Shown piece by piece: positions 21,891-36,113 of a stretch of 64,000 nt of DNA. Position 1 is the first letter of the stretch, and every line of letters begins with the position of its first letter. The notes beneath the pieces were generated by a model. The model did not search any database. It saw only the letters and a list, made by a program, of their open reading frames with translations, and was not told the DNA's origin. The stretch spans positions 442,585,261 to 442,649,260 of the forward strand of contig NC_133620.1 in NCBI RefSeq assembly GCF_048593235.1. The letters are read 5' to 3'. Position numbers and translations under genes: made by a program. This DNA is from Sminthopsis crassicaudata (lineage: Eukaryota).

Positions 21891-24849
21891 TCTCCCCAGA
21901 CCCCCTCCTTCCCCCTCTGCTTGGCCCCCCTGACCCGGTATATTTGCCTTTGGGGGGGCAGCACCCCCCGTGGGGACACTAGGAGGAGAGTGGAAGGGGA
22001 GGAAGGGCTGGCCGGCCTCATCTTCTCCTTTCCCTCCAGATCAGGCCGCCTCTGAAATTAACATATAAATAATTCAGCCAGCAGCGAGCAGGAGTCAGGG
22101 GAGATGGATGGCTGAGGGGGGAGATGAGGTGAAGAGAAGATGGCCAGACGGGGCTCTGCACTGGGGGATGAGGGGGAGGGGAAACAGACGTAACTTCAGG
22201 CTTTTGCCAGAGACTGCTGCTCTGAAACCTGGGGGGGGGGGAATGGGAGGTACCCTCCCCAGAGGACAAGTATCCTTTTAGCAGAAGCAAACATGGACAC
22301 CTTTACAATGATTCTTTCTCCTCCAGAGGAAAAGGTTGGGAGTTCTGTTGTTCCAAGATTCCAGCTCCCCTCTTGTGTGCCCCACCCCTCCAGCCAGCTC
22401 CCTTCCCAGAGTCAGGAACCCAGGTGTCCCCTCCCTCCCCCTGGAGAGAGTCCCCTCCCCCACATGACATCATCTGGGGGAGTCTAACGTCAGATAGGGA
22501 CCCCAGAGGGCTCAAGGAGGGGAGGGGGCAGAGACATCTAATGATGACCCCCCTCCCTCGAGAGGAAGGCAGACAGCTAACGACGCCCCTCTTTTCAGGA
22601 TGCTGCCGTTCCCTGGGGAGCTCTCCTGTTGTCCTTCCTTACTCTCACACCTTTCCTCCTCACCACTACGTTGCCCTTGACAACAAGTAGTATCACCCTG
22701 AAATGACTTTGGTCTGTGGGCAAGGAAGAGACCTTCCCTGCTTTCTGGGCCACAGGCCCTTCTTTCACCTCCCTACCAGAGACAGCCTTTTGCTTACCTG
22801 GAGCAGTGGCTCTTAGGAAGACAGAATAAGAGAGATGAGGGGTCAGCCCCATCCCCCATACTCCAAAGAGACAGGGGAGCTCCTCAAAGGGTAAAGGGCA
22901 TTGTATGGAAGATGAAGATGTCAAGAGAAGGGAGCAGCAGGTGGGGGACCAAGGGCAGAGCGGCGTGGACTGCAGCTTGGCTTGAGAAGCACAGGGTTGC
23001 CAGGAGCTGGCCTCTTGGGGAGCCCTTCCTGCCTGGGAGGTACTGGGCAAAGAGAACACCTGAGGCTACTGGACCGGCCCAGAGGAGATAAAGAAGCAGC
23101 CAGGACAAGACCCAAAAAGGTGCCCAAGGGACAGGGAGACCCCTCCTCAACAGAACCCAGCAAATACTTAGCAAAAAAGGCCCAAGCTGGGAACCAAGAC
23201 AATAGAGGCTTATTTGCATCTCATTTGCATGCTTTCATCTTGAAGCATTCAGCATCCCTCCACTCCCCACCATCAGGCCAATGGTGGTGCCTCCTAGTCT
23301 CCGACAAAGGCCTATTAGCTCCTGTCCTGTCCTCGAAGGGTGGGTGAAGGCCCCTAATCTCGGCTGCTTTCTGCCCAGCCAGCGAATGCCCGTCCTTCCC
23401 CAGTTCCCAGGGTTCATCTGGCTTGGCCTGGCTGGAAAACTGCCTCTGGTTGGGCTTTACCCTATACCTTCACTGTCACCTGCAGGGCCAGGGGAGCCCT
23501 CTGCAGCTTCTTCCAGGCATTAGCAGGAGTTCACCTCCTGCTGGGGCCTAAAGGGGTGCCTTAAAAAACCCTCTCTGCTGGCCTTGACGGCAGCCGCCCC
23601 CATTCTGACCCGTGGCCTCCGAGAGCCGAGGGGGCAATATTCGGGGGTATATATTGTATGGGGTGGGGGTGGGGAATAGTGAGCAAGGTGGGAACAGAGA
23701 AGAGGAGGAATCAGCATCCTGAGTCTCTCCACCAGCCAGATCTCACTGGGGCCAAGCTCGCCCGGGCTCACCTCCTGTGTTGAAGAGGAAGCTGGCCCCT
23801 CTTCTCGCCTCAGGCTCAAAGCCACCTCTGGGGAGTGGCTGGGGTCCCAGCCAAACAGTCTGGCAGGAGGGATGTGGGGGGGGGGCTCCCACCCTGGGAC
23901 AATAGCAGGAAACCATCGGCCCTGTAGTCCAGCCCCCTGCCCCCTTCCTTTCAGAGAAGGGGGGCTTCACTGAGGAGGGGCTTAAGAAAACTATACCCTC
24001 TCTCAGACATTTCCCCCTCCCCTCGCTTCTCTGGTTCTAAATAAACAGTGACTCTACCATTCCCGTCATCCCCAGAGCAAGGATAATCCAGGTGTCTAGA
24101 CCCCTGCATGAGGTGGGCACTGTGCCAACAGATGGAGAAACCTCCTAACTGACCCCCCTTCCCATCTCTGAAGCTCCAAACACAGAGGCCGGGGCCGGGG
24201 GTGAATGTCTGCTGCCTGGGACTCTGTCCCAGAGCCACGTTAGCGAGAGGAGGGGCTTGGGAGGGGGTGCCTGCGGGCAGGAGTTGACAGGGGCTGGGGG
24301 GAACCAGAGGATAGGCCGGCAGACACAGGGCTCTGGGAGAACGGAGGGAGACGGGCTGGAGGCAATCTGTGAGAAGGTTTGGGGGAGACGGAACTAAACC
24401 GCTAGGCAGCGAGGCCCACAACTGGAGGCTACCATTTCTGCCCCCTTCAGTGGCAACCTACAATAACGAAGTCCGGGGATGGCTCTGGGATTGGGGCTGG
24501 GGTCGCAACCCTTCCGGAGAAGGACTCGCACAAACCCCACTGAGACCCGATTATTCCGAGCTGGGGCCCGGGTCTCCTCTCCCTTAGGAAAGGTGGCTCA
24601 GCTAAAAGACATCAAGGTCCAGGAACGACTTCTCGCTCTCCTCCCCGCCCCCCACCGCCCGCCCTAGCCCATCCCCTCCAAATTTGGGTGCCCCGATTTC
24701 CGAAGGTTGGGGTGGCACCGGGCTTAGCCCATCGACTCAATTCCCTTTAGACATGGCACCCCATTCCCCCCATCGGATCTCGGAAATCATACCCCGCCCC
24801 CCAATCTGTGTACAGAAGATAACACCCCGAAAAGCCTCCCAGAAAGTTA

Positions 24850-26050
24850 GGGTCCAGGGGCTGCACCGGGGTTCCCTGGTGTCCCCGGGTCTTCGGCTTC
24901 CCCAGTCTCATCACACGCGCGCGCCCCACGATTCCCCGCACAGCCCGGAGCCTGCCCCCCGCGGCTGGCGGGGACCCCGCCTCGGCCGCTCCCCCAGCCC
25001 AGTGCCTGCTCCGCTGCCCTCCCTCCCTCCTACCCTCCATCCCCGGCCGCTGACCCCGAGCTTCCCCGCGATTACTTGCCCTGGAAGCCAGGTTTGCGGG
25101 GTGGAGGCGGCGGCCGCGGGCTCGGGAGTCCGAGACTCGGGGATCCCAGGGGTCCCGGCTTTTGGGGGAGCGGGAGCGGGGATCCGGGGGGACGGGAAGA
25201 AGGTCTCGAGTTGGGAGCAAGGGGCCGGCGGCCGGGAGCTGGGGGCTCCGGTCGGGCTCCCGGGTTTCGCGAGTCCAGGGTTCGAACCGCAGAGCCCCAC
25301 TTCGGCCGCGGCTCCGCGGAGGAAAACAATGCGACCGCCCGGAGCTCTCGGCCCTGGCCTCCGCCGCCCCTCCCGCAGGCGGCCCCAGCCCCTCCTCTAG
25401 CCCCGCCCTCAGCTCCACGCCACCCAATCCCGACCTGGGAGAGCTGTCAAGAGACCGCCCCCTCCACAGCCCCATGTCCAATCGCAGGGTCCCGCGCTCC
25501 GAACACCTATCTCAGAAGAGCAGCTACGGGTGGGGGGGCCTGCCCGGGAGGGAGGGAGGGAGGGAGGGAGTCGGGGAGACGGAGAGAGAAAAAACAGAGA
25601 CCTTCGGAAGGAGAGGGACCCAGAGACTGGGGAGACCGGCGCTTCTCGCAGGGTCGGGGAAAGGGTACCGGGGAGGGAGGAAGGGACGGTGGGGAGACGA
25701 GAGAAAGGCCGGAAAGCTGGGCCCCCGGGGCTCTCTTGCCCTCCTCAGCCACCTGGCTTTTGTGAAGGCAGACGGGGGCTGCCCCCGGCTCTTCGGCGGA
25801 AAACAGGGGCCTCGTGCCCCCCCGGGTCCCCGCCACATTCATCCCCTTGGGCCGGCGCTCCTCCTGCCCTGGCTCCGCATGCAGCCCCACGGCCTGACCC
25901 AGCCTTCCCCCAAAGACACCTCCCCATCCCCCAGCTGCGCTCCGAAGCCTGGACCAGGGTCTAGGATGCCGCGGCTTGGGGAGAAAGGACGGATGTCTGT
26001 GGACCATGAGCACGAGGACCCGATGCAGGGAGGAGCGGGGTGGGGTGAGG
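24850..26050 (-). promoter_or_regulatory. SEMA6C: CpG island, probable SEMA6C promoter and non-coding exon 1
   Basis: Very CpG-rich block 4-5 kb upstream of the ATG; candidate donors at 25075 and 23771 on minus. UTR exon limits not established. Confidence 0.6.
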
Positions 26051-27759
26051 AGAGAAAAAGAAAAAGCTGGACAGGATGACGGGATGAAGCCAGCGGGCCA
26101 CAGGGTGACGAGGGGGACATGGACGCGGGCTCCGAGCTCAGGCTCAGATGCGGAAAAGGCTTGGAAGCAAACCGGACCCATTCCCCGTCATCCCTCTCCT
26201 GGCATAGCCTGACCTGACACTTGTCCCAGCCTGTTCCCCAAGCCCCCAGCCCTTCGTCACCACAGACGCTGCATCTGAGAGGCACTGCCATCTCCCCTCA
26301 GACGCACCCAGTCATCTGTCCGGTGGCAACGCGGAACACTGCTCTCTCCATCCCCACTCCACCACACCCCCTACAAAGCCCCTTTGATTCCAGGAATGCT
26401 AGCAGGGAGAGGGAAGGCTCTCTCAGGCATCTTTGTTGCCGTCCCCACCTTGGCGATGCCTGCTTAAGATTCTTGCCTGTGTGGGTTTGGGATGAAAAAC
26501 ATTCTTGAAATTCTGGGGGCAGGGGGCAGCTGGGGGGGGCACTGGAATTTTTGACTTTTTTCTCTGAGCTTCCCCCTCACTTCCTAGTCTCTGGAGTGGA
26601 GGAGGATGGGCATAGCAGGGTCTGTTCTTCCAGGCAAGACATGGCTAAAGTGGCGTCAGAGTGGGTAGCAATAGGCTGATCAACAAAGACAGAGAGGCGC
26701 ACACATTAGGAGGAAAAAATCCCCACAAAGAGAGAGCCGGAGTGAAAAATACAGGGTGGCTGAGAACCAGTTAGCGAGACAACCATGCTTTTGCCATGGG
26801 CTCTGGGTTCGTGGAACTGGGATACAGCATGTGAGGGACAATGGGGGAACCCCGACAAGAGAACCGCAAGGAGGAAGTGCAAAGAATGGACTTTTAGGAC
26901 TTAGCTGTAGCCCGACTTCAATTTAACAGGTCCTCTTACTGAGAAATACCGGCTTTGCCTAAGGCTTTACGGTTTACAAAACATAAGTACTTTGGCTCAT
27001 TTGATCATCAAAAACGACCTTAGAAGGTAAGTGTTTGAGGTATTATCTCCATTTCACTTTAATATCTGAGAGATATTAAACGACTTGCCTATAGTTACCC
27101 ACCCAATAAATGTCAGAAGATTTAAAACCAAGTTTTTTCTCGCTCCACTGAAGGAGAAGAGAAGGGGGAAAGGGGGAGAAGGAAGTATTTATATGGTGCC
27201 TACTATGTGCCTGGCACAAATATGATCTTATTTAGCTCTCGTATATTCTCATTTTGCAGTTTAGGAAAGTGAGGCTAGAAGAGGTTAAGTGACTTAGCTA
27301 GGGTCACAGAGCTAAATAACTGACTTCATTTGAACTCAGGTCTTCTTAACTCCAGGCTTAGCAAGGAGTACTCATGTTCCCAAAATGATGATGTTGGGGA
27401 TAATTTATTAAACCTATGGATGGAGTCCCCCACCTGATGAGTTGATCTTATTGAGAGTCATTAGAAACCATAAACTGAAGACTAAAACATGAAAATGTAA
27501 ATAACAAAGAAGGTGATCAAATAAGATACTTTGCAAGTCTCACCTCCAGAATCATTATGCTGTTATTTCCCTTCAAGCCCTTTAACTTCCAGGTGTCACA
27601 GGGGAGCAAAGTCACTTCATAACTCATAGCTGGTAGAAGCTTAGAATACATTGCCTTTTGATGCTTAGAATCTTTCCCAAGACTTCATGAAGTCAGGCCG
27701 GAAAATGATTGAAACCTCTGAACTCAACTGTGCAGTCATTATTATAAATAATATTATTA

Positions 27760-28710
27760 GATCTGAATTATTTCCCTCCCAACTGCTCTCCCCTCTCCAA
27801 CTCAGCATTGAAAAAGAAAAAAAACAAAGCCCATTAAAAACAGATATAGTCAAACAAAACAAACTCCCACATTGTCCATGTCCTAAACCTTAATCTGTAC
27901 TCTGAATCTATCAGCTCTCTATTTGCAAGTGAATCAATTCTGGAATTGTGATTAGTTGTGTTGATCAGAGTTCCTAATTGTTTTGAAGTTATTCTTCTTT
28001 ACAATATTGCCACTACATAAATTATTCTCCTGGTTCTCTCAATTCATTTTGGATCAAGTTTTCTCAGGTTTCTATGAAACCATGACCTTTATCATTTTTT
28101 ATAACACATTCAAATATTATAACTTGTTCCCCAATTAATGATAGATATGCCCTCAGTTTCCAATTCTTTGCCATCACACAATGAGCTACTCTAGTTTTGT
28201 CTTCTATATTTGATCTCTTTCAGAGTATAGACATCAAAATAGTATTGCTGGGTGTAATGGTATACCTAGTTTAATAGCTTTTAGGACATTGTTCCAAAGT
28301 GCTTTCTAGAATGGCTTGACTACTAATTCAGTTTCACCAACAATGCATTCATGTACCTGTTTATTCACATTTGTCACTTTTATTTTTTGTCATTTTTGTC
28401 AATCTTATGGGCATGAAATAGAACCTCAAAATTGTTTTTAAATTTGCATTTCTCTGATTATTGATTTAGAGCAATTTTTAATATGTCTATCGATAACATG
28501 AATTTCTTCCTCTGAAAAATGTCCCTTAACCATTTATCAACTGGGAAATGGCTCTTATTCTTGTAAATTTGAATCCTTGTCCTATATATCTCAGAAATTC
28601 AACCTTTGTCAGAGAAACTTGCTGCAAAGATTTCCCCTTCCAATTCCTTCTCTTTTAATTTTAGTTGAATTGGTTTTGCTTGCAAGAAACTTATAATAAT
28701 AATTTAATAA
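27760..28710 (-). mobile_element. Old L1 fragment
   Basis: Antisense L1 ORF2 end/3' UTR (aatttgcatttctctgatta, aatttgaatc, gagaaacttgctgcaaag); limits approximate. Confidence 0.7.
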
Positions 28711-30754
28711 CAATCATTTTCATTTCTCTCTCTTTCTGACAGCCACATCCTCTTCCAAGTCTGTACTGACTGCTACAATTCCCATGTCTAGTCTTGGCTC
28801 CTTTCCCAGAAAATCCCATATCCAGATTAATCTCCCGTCTATGGGCACCTGAAACCATACTAAAGAATGTTCATTAAGGGCAGAAACAATGTCTGTCTCT
28901 ATGACACAACTATTAGCCTCAATTTACATATAGATTTGAGATCTGGGTTCAGTGAGAGGTTCAGTGACTTGCCCATAAAAGCATAGCTAGTTTTATCTAA
29001 GGCATGATTAGTTATCTACTAATGTGCTCAATACTGTCTAAGCAGAATAAATGATCCAAAAGAAGTATTGATTTCTTTATTCCAGAAACTGATGGTCTTT
29101 TGAGAGCTCAGACACATGAAAAAATTAGCAACAATTATAAAACAATGGAAAACAGTTTGATGTAAAAAGCTGACTAGGAGAATACAAATGAATTGATTCC
29201 TCCCTTCCTTCCCACCCTCATCCAGTTCAAACGATGAAATTTCAGAAGGTAAGCAGCAGCAAGGTGTGAAGGTGTTAAATAGAGTGTCTACACTCTATTA
29301 TTACTCCTTTAAAGGATATGAACAAGTTCTTCAGGCCAGTTTGATGGAATTAAAGAATGGTTAGCTATTGGCTAGCCAAAGGATCTGGTCATATTTAAGT
29401 ATCAAGATGCCCTCTACAGAATCAATTGAAGCAAGAGATAGTTCTAAGGAAGAAGAGAGCCAGCTTTCGAGGAAGAACTCTGTTCTTAAAAGGGATCCTT
29501 CTTTGCTTTTTCTCCTGGGCATTTACTACAAGGGCAGCAGGAGTTTTCTCTCCTCCCTTTCTCCCCAGTCACCTACAGCAACTTCAGTGGAGCTGTCTGC
29601 CCAGCAGGAGATACTGAACTGAACTCAGTCAATCAAGGCACAAGGCAGGAGTTTTGTGAGTCTTCAAACAGTGGGTCCTGGCTATCTGTGCCATGTCTTC
29701 CAGGGAAGCAACATAAGGACACCATAAGGACACCACAAGTAGAAAAATTTCACTGGGACCCTGTAGTGCTGGAGGTGTGAATTACTGCCTTCAGCATGTG
29801 TGTTCCCTATAGATGTGCCTCCTATGCCTTTCTACTAGTGAACACTATACATATTCTTCCTCCAAATTGCAATTTGTAATTATGGGAAAATGGGCCCTAG
29901 GTTTTTCTTGTTCTTAATAATGCTAATTAGTCAATAACTAATTCCCAAGCTTATTGGTAAAATTATGCTTTATTAATAAATTGTGGTCAAAAAACAAATA
30001 AGTCCCTAGTTCCATGTTAGTTAGTAAATGCCTTTATTTTGAGCTAATTATTCAATTAATTATTAAAAATAAATACATCACTGGGGGCCTGTGTGCTAGA
30101 ATTTTTATTTAGCCCTACATAACTTGAACTTTTGGTAACTACTTATTTTGAAAATTAACCAGAAAGAATTTTAAGAAGTTCTCAGGGGAATACTATTCCC
30201 CCCTCTCTACTCTCCAATAAATGTATTTATCAATATCAATAATCCATTATAATCAAACTCTCACTTCTGGGCCAGAAAATACAATGGCAAATATTTGTTT
30301 GTCCAGACCTAACTATAATATAGATTTATCCAGTGTTCACCTTGGAATAGCAATAAAGGATTTTTAACTATTGGGAGGTCTTCACAGGTTCACAAGTCTG
30401 TAGCCAGAAAGGATTTTATGAACCATCTATTCCATTCCCTTTGTTTTAAAGATCAGAAAAAGGAGGTCCCGCAAGGTTAAGTGACTTGCCCATGATTCCT
30501 GGGCCTGATTGGTTGTGGTTTCCTTGCTGAAGCTTCTTGGTCATCTAGGGACATAAAAGTTCCAGTCACAAAGTGTCTAGGCCTCTCAGACTTGTTGAAT
30601 CCCTAAGACCATATGAGTTATGAAAACCTAATGACTAGAAAGAAGGAAGGAAAGAAGAGAGAAAGAAAGAAAAAAGATAGAGGTAACAGAATTTCAGGTA
30701 CTCAAAGAAGAGAATACTAAATAAAAACATTCATTGTTCATTCATTTCCAACTT

Positions 30755-30995
30755 GCTAAGCTTGGTGATGTAGTAGTTAGAGCACCAGACCTGGATTCAG
30801 GAAGATCTGAGTACAAAACCCACCTCAAACACTTATTAACTGAGACCCTGGGCAAGTCACTTAACCTGGCTTTTCTCATCTGTCAAAAGAGCTGGAGAAG
30901 GAAATGGCCAAATCACTCCATTATCTTTGTCAAGAAAACTCCAAACGGGGTCGGAGTTGGACAAGACTGAAATGAATAAATGACAACAAAAAAGC
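30755..30995 (+). mobile_element. MAR1-type CORE-SINE with RTE-derived tail
   Basis: ctggagaaggaaatggccaaatcactccattatctttgtcaagaaaactccaaacggggtc...gactgaaatga. Confidence 0.8.
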
Positions 30996-31439
30996 TTAAG
31001 GATTTTATTTAAGATTTTAATCCTTTTACATTTATTTATGTTTTTGTTCAGTTATAAAGTTATAATGCAGTTATTTTCAAGAAATGCACAGAAGATAGAA
31101 TTCAGTGAGCCAGCATTCTAAAAGTGCTTTATTATAAGCCAAGTACTGCGCTAAGTGCTAAGACGACAAGGACAAGTAATGGCAACAGAATACAAAAGAA
31201 GCCTGATCCTCTAAGAGTATTGTCAAGAAATAGAAACCTCAAAAGTTGAATGCTAAGGATGACAAAGCTATAATGAGTTCAAGAGGAAGCTCAAAGAATG
31301 AATGGATTTATCATTCAGAGTAGATGGGACAATGATAAAAGGTAATAAGATAGAGAGAAAACACAACTACTCGGTTATTTTGCATCTACTTTCTCTACAT
31401 TAAAAAAAAAAAAAAAGAGGGGGGTTAGCAGGAAGCTGA

Positions 31440-32180
31440 AACCCAAAATTAATGAGAAACTTTAAGAGAATGAATTCAAATCACTAGGCCAAAGTAAACT
31501 ATATAGTAGGGTACTAGAAGAATTGGGGGATCTAATTGCTGAGCCAATGTCAGTGATCATTTAAAACTTGTATAACATAGAAATGCTTCAGGACTGAAGA
31601 AGCACAAATACTTTGATTTTTGATGAGGACAAATCTATAAAAACTGAGAAGCATGTCTTAAATTCATGATGAAATTTTAGCATATAATTCCTCTTTTGGA
31701 AATTTAGAAAGGGAAACATTGATTAGTAGGAGCTAGGATAGCTTCATCAATAAGAAGGCAAGCCAATCTAACTTTATTTCCTTTCTTGAGAGATTCTCTA
31801 GTTTGGTAGATCAGGAAAATCTTGTAGGAAAAAAATAACCTAAGTATCAGCAAATATGGGGCAAAATTTCTCAAGCTGTTCTTCAAGACAAGATGGAGAG
31901 AGGTGCGTTAGATAATAGTCTAGTTATATGAATGACAAACCCCCCAAAGTAGTGATTAGTGGGTCAGTATCAACTTAAATGGAGCTCTCTAGTCAAGTGT
32001 CCAGTGATTTCTATTTAACCCTGTGTTGTTTAACATTTTTTGTCAACGATTTAGATGGAAGTATCAGTGACATATATAAGAAATCTGCAAATGACACAAA
32101 CCTGGAAGCATCAGTTAACATGTTAGACAGTTAACATGTTAGAGTCAGGATTCGAAAAGATCTTGCCAGGCTGAAATGAA
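31440..32180 (+). mobile_element. CR1/L3 LINE fragment
   Basis: Decayed RT region (agctaggatagcttcatcaataagaagg...ctagtttggtagatcagg...gatttagatg...aatctgcaaatgacacaaa). Confidence 0.7.
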
Positions 32181-33241
32181 AAATGAAATTTTATTTCCTT
32201 TCAATGGACCTGTGATATCAACATGTATGTAACCTATATTCATGCCTTCTAATCTCATTGAACAGTTTTCTATGTTTTCCCACGAATCATCTATAAGATA
32301 TCCAAACAGGATATGAGAGCCCTCCTAACATTACATAAGCACTAATGAAACATATATATTATTACTAATTTTTTTTAAAAGGCTATCAAAAATATTAGCA
32401 ACCACTATGCCTACTTCAATTCTACAAAATCTTATGAAAATTAAGGGCTTTCTTGAGGAAGGTTTGAGAAAGGGAAAGGAAAGCTTTCATCAGTGTAATT
32501 CTATAATGGATCTCGGTCACATAAATGACTAAAAGGTAGAGGAAGTTGAAGATCCTACAGTCCTTATTGTTTATAGACTATAAAAAGAGTTGATTCAACA
32601 GAGTGAAATACCACCTTAAAAGGTCTCTTCCAAGGTATCTCCCATTCATGTGTTAAAATATTAAGAATCCCTTGAAATATACTGCAACAGAGATAATTTT
32701 GTTCAACTCCAGAGATAATTTTGTTTAACTCTTCATTTGTCAGCATCAAGCAAAGCATAAAACCAAGGAGTCATATGCTCACCCAAGGTATGAGTCATTG
32801 TTATGGAATCAAATGGTAAGGTTTCCATTAGATAATGAAGTTCTCTAAATGTTCCTAAATGAAACCCAAAATCACTCCTGAGAGATTGGCCTGTTGAAGA
32901 AGAAAAAACAAAGTGCATGATAAATGCCTATTATCCAGAATATGATTGGACATCTGTTCCACTGGTGTTTGTGTGTGTTTGTATACAGTTATATGCAAGA
33001 AAGAAACACTTTTTTCTGTTTGTATGTGTATATTATGTATACATACTTACACACAGTTATACATACATAAATATATGTATATATATAATGGATAGACAAT
33101 GAAAATGATTAATATATTGTACCTATAACTGCATTTGGTAAATTGAATAATGCTTTTAATGATCCCAAGCTTCCCAGAAACAAAATACTCCCCATATTTT
33201 TCTAATTGGACTTGGACTTTATGCTGGGCATTCTCCATCAC

Positions 33242-33515
33242 NNNNNNNNNNNNNNNNNNNNNNNNNNNNNNNNNNNNNNNNNNNNNNNNNNNNNNNNNNN
33301 NNNNNNNNNNNNNNNNNNNNNNNNNNNNNNNNNNNNNNNNNNNNNNNNNNNNNNNNNNNNNNNNNNNNNNNNNNNNNNNNNNNNNNNNNNNNNNNNNNNN
33401 NNNNNNNNNNNNNNNNNNNNNNNNNNNNNNNNNNNNNNNNNNNNNNNNNNNNNNNNNNNNNNNNNNNNNNNNNNNNNNNNNNNNNNNNNNNNNNNNNNNN
33501 NNNNNNNNNNNNNNN
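33242..33515. other. Assembly gap
   Basis: N run. Confidence 1.
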
Positions 33516-34129
33516 TTGAATTCAGGTCCTCCTGACTTCAGGGCTGTTGCTCTACCTGCCCCAATGGTAAGCATATATTGCCCTATTTTATTCCTTGATG
33601 ATGATAATTTTAGAGTCAAAGTTATTTCTGTTTATTAATCTTCTAGGGATTCGAAGATTTTAGCATAAGAGCAGAAAACACCTGGTTGGAGAACATTTTG
33701 CTGTACTGAATCAGATTCTTTTTTTTTTTTTTTTTTTAATCATGGACAATTTATCCACACAAGCATAATGGCATCTTCTATTTTCTGAACTGTTCAGTCA
33801 ATAGTGTTACCATAAAGATGTGGTCTGTAGAATATGATTTCTGAAAGCCTTCCTGTTCATTTTTCAAATTTTCATCAGAGACCTTTGATTGTTCAATTCT
33901 CAAACTGATTATTCTCAAAAAGATTTTGTAGAGATAATAAAATAGGCATATTGATCAGCTGTTAGTGGTATTTTTCAATTGCTTTTTGAGGAATAAAAGC
34001 ATCTATAATTTTTTCCCCTAAATTTCTGGCATCCTCTCCTATTTCAGACATCTTGAAAAATCCTGAATAATACCCTTAAAACTATGTTGCCTATAGCATG
34101 GACCTTCTTTTAAAATATATATATATTGT

Positions 34130-34800
34130 TTTTAATTAAAGCTTTCTATTTCCAAAACATATGCATGGATAATTTTTCAACATGGACTCTTGTATTTCTC
34201 CCCCTTCCTCCCACCCCTTCCCCAGATGGCAAGTAATCCAATATATGTTGAACATGTTNNNNNNNNNNNNNNNNNNNNNNNNNNNNNNNNNNNNNNNNNN
34301 NNNNNNNNNNNNNNNNNNNNNNNNNNNNNNNNNNNNNNNNNNNNNNNNNNNNNNNNNNNNNNNNNNNNNNNNNNNNNNNNNNNNNNNNNNNNNNNCACAA
34401 GAAAAATCAGATTAAAAAGGTAAAAAAAAAAAAAAGAGAGAGAAAAAACAAAATGCAAGCTAACAACAAAAAAAAGAGTGAAAGTGTGATCCACACTCAG
34501 TTCCCTCAGTTCTCTCTCTGGGTGCAGATGGCTCTCTTCATCACAATACCATTGGAACTGGCCTCGATCACCTCCTTGTTGAAAAGAGCACGTCCCTTTT
34601 CCTCCTTTATGATCTCTTTGGGATATAAGTCCAGTAGAAACACTGCTTGGTCTATGCACAGTTTGATAATGCTTTGGGCATGGTTGGATCAGTTTACAAC
34701 TCCACCAACAAGTGTCCCAGTTTTCCCACATCCCCTCCAACATTCATCATCATCTTTTCCTGTCATCTTAGCCAATCTGAGAGGTGAGTAGAGGTACCCT
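34130..34800 (-). mobile_element. L1 3' fragment (spans a gap)
   Basis: Marsupial L1 3' UTR antisense: aattaaagcttt...caaaacatatgcatggataattttt; agttccctcagttctctctctggg. Confidence 0.8.
34259..34395. other. Assembly gap
   Basis: N run. Confidence 1.
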
Positions 34801-34879
34801 TAGAGTTGTTTCAATTTGCATTTTTGTGATCATATCATCTTATTTTTTTTTTAAAGTAATTTCTAAATATGCAGGCTGA

Positions 34880-35346
34880 TTTCAAAAAAAGTCTGAAAAG
34901 ACTCATAGGAACTGATGCTGAGGTGAGTAGAACCAAGAGAACACTGTACATTGTAACAGCAAGATTATGTGATGATTAACTATATTAGACTTGGCCTTTT
35001 CAACAATACAATGATCTAAGACAATTCTAATAGACTTGGGATGGAAAATGCCACCCATATACAGAACTATGGAGGAATGTGGACCAAACCATACTATTTT
35101 CACCTTTTTTTTTGGGGGGGTTGCTTTTTATTTCTTGTGATTTTCCCCTTTTGTTTTGATTTTTCTTTCACAACAGGACTAATATGGGAAAATGTTTAAA
35201 ATATTACACAGGTATAACCTTTATCAGATTGTTTGCTGGAGGTGGGGAAGTAAAGGGACAAAGAAATTTGGAACTCAAATTTTACAAAAAATGAATATTG
35301 AAAACTATATAGGTAATTGAAAAAATAAACTACTACTGAAAAAAAA
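34880..35346 (+). mobile_element. L1 3' fragment
   Basis: gaactgatgctgag...agaaccaagagaacactgtaca...aaaataaa A tail. Confidence 0.75.
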
Positions 35347-35799
35347 TATCATTTCTACATCCTCATGACACATTAGGGACTGTGATATAACAGTCTAAAT
35401 GTGGCCATTCCACTATCATTAATAGTTTGCTATGGAAATGTTGACAGACATTTTCCATTTCCTATCTATTGTCCCTCTTTCAGTTTTATCCTTACATGCT
35501 CTTAGGATGATCTGGCTTAATTGGATCTCTCACAAAACTTTCTGGAAACTTCTTTTTGTTTTGTTTTGTTTTGATTTCTCCATTTTAGGAGGCAATATAA
35601 TCCTCTACCATCTGTTTCTGTAAGATTTAACAAATGAGTTTATATGCTAAACCAGTGTTGTTCTTGGCTGCCATATCTGTTTGGCAAAAAGAATAAGTGG
35701 AGCCAAGTTCAGGTAGTTTTTAAGTCCTTTAGACCTTTACATTGTAGCAATTTATTTTCATGCATTAGACTTTCATAGAAGACAGTAATAATCAATGTT

Positions 35800-36113
35800 T
35801 TTTTTTATTAATTTTATAATTATAACTTTTTTTTTTACAGTACATATGCATAGGTAATTTTTTTTTTTTTTTTTTTACAATATTATCTCTTGTATTCCCT
35901 TCTGTTCGGAATTTTTCCCCTCCTTCCCTCTACCCCCTTCCCTAGATGGCAGGCATTCCCATACATATTAAATATCTTATAGTATATCCTAGGTACAATA
36001 TATATGTGCAGAACCGAATTTTGTTGTTGTTGTTGCAAAGGAAGAATTGTATTCGGAAGGTAAAAATAATCTGGGAAGAAAAACAAAAAAAATGTTCACA
36101 GTTTATACTCACG
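35800..36113 (-). mobile_element. Young 5'-truncated L1 with 15-bp TSD
   Basis: Poly-T then attaattttataattataac; TSD gtaataatcaatgtt at 35785-35799 and 36114-36128. Confidence 0.88.

Noticed and set aside
25242-25299. tRNA-like element: GGGGCTC...GGTTCGAAC...GAGCCCCA
   Set aside because: Only 58 nt, T-stem does not pair, no D-arm/A-box or anticodon arm; a GC-rich hairpin in the CpG island.
24684-26291. Several 200-305 aa overlapping ORFs on both strands
   Set aside because: Low-complexity G/P/R/A products expected from a GC-rich CpG island; no recognisable domain.
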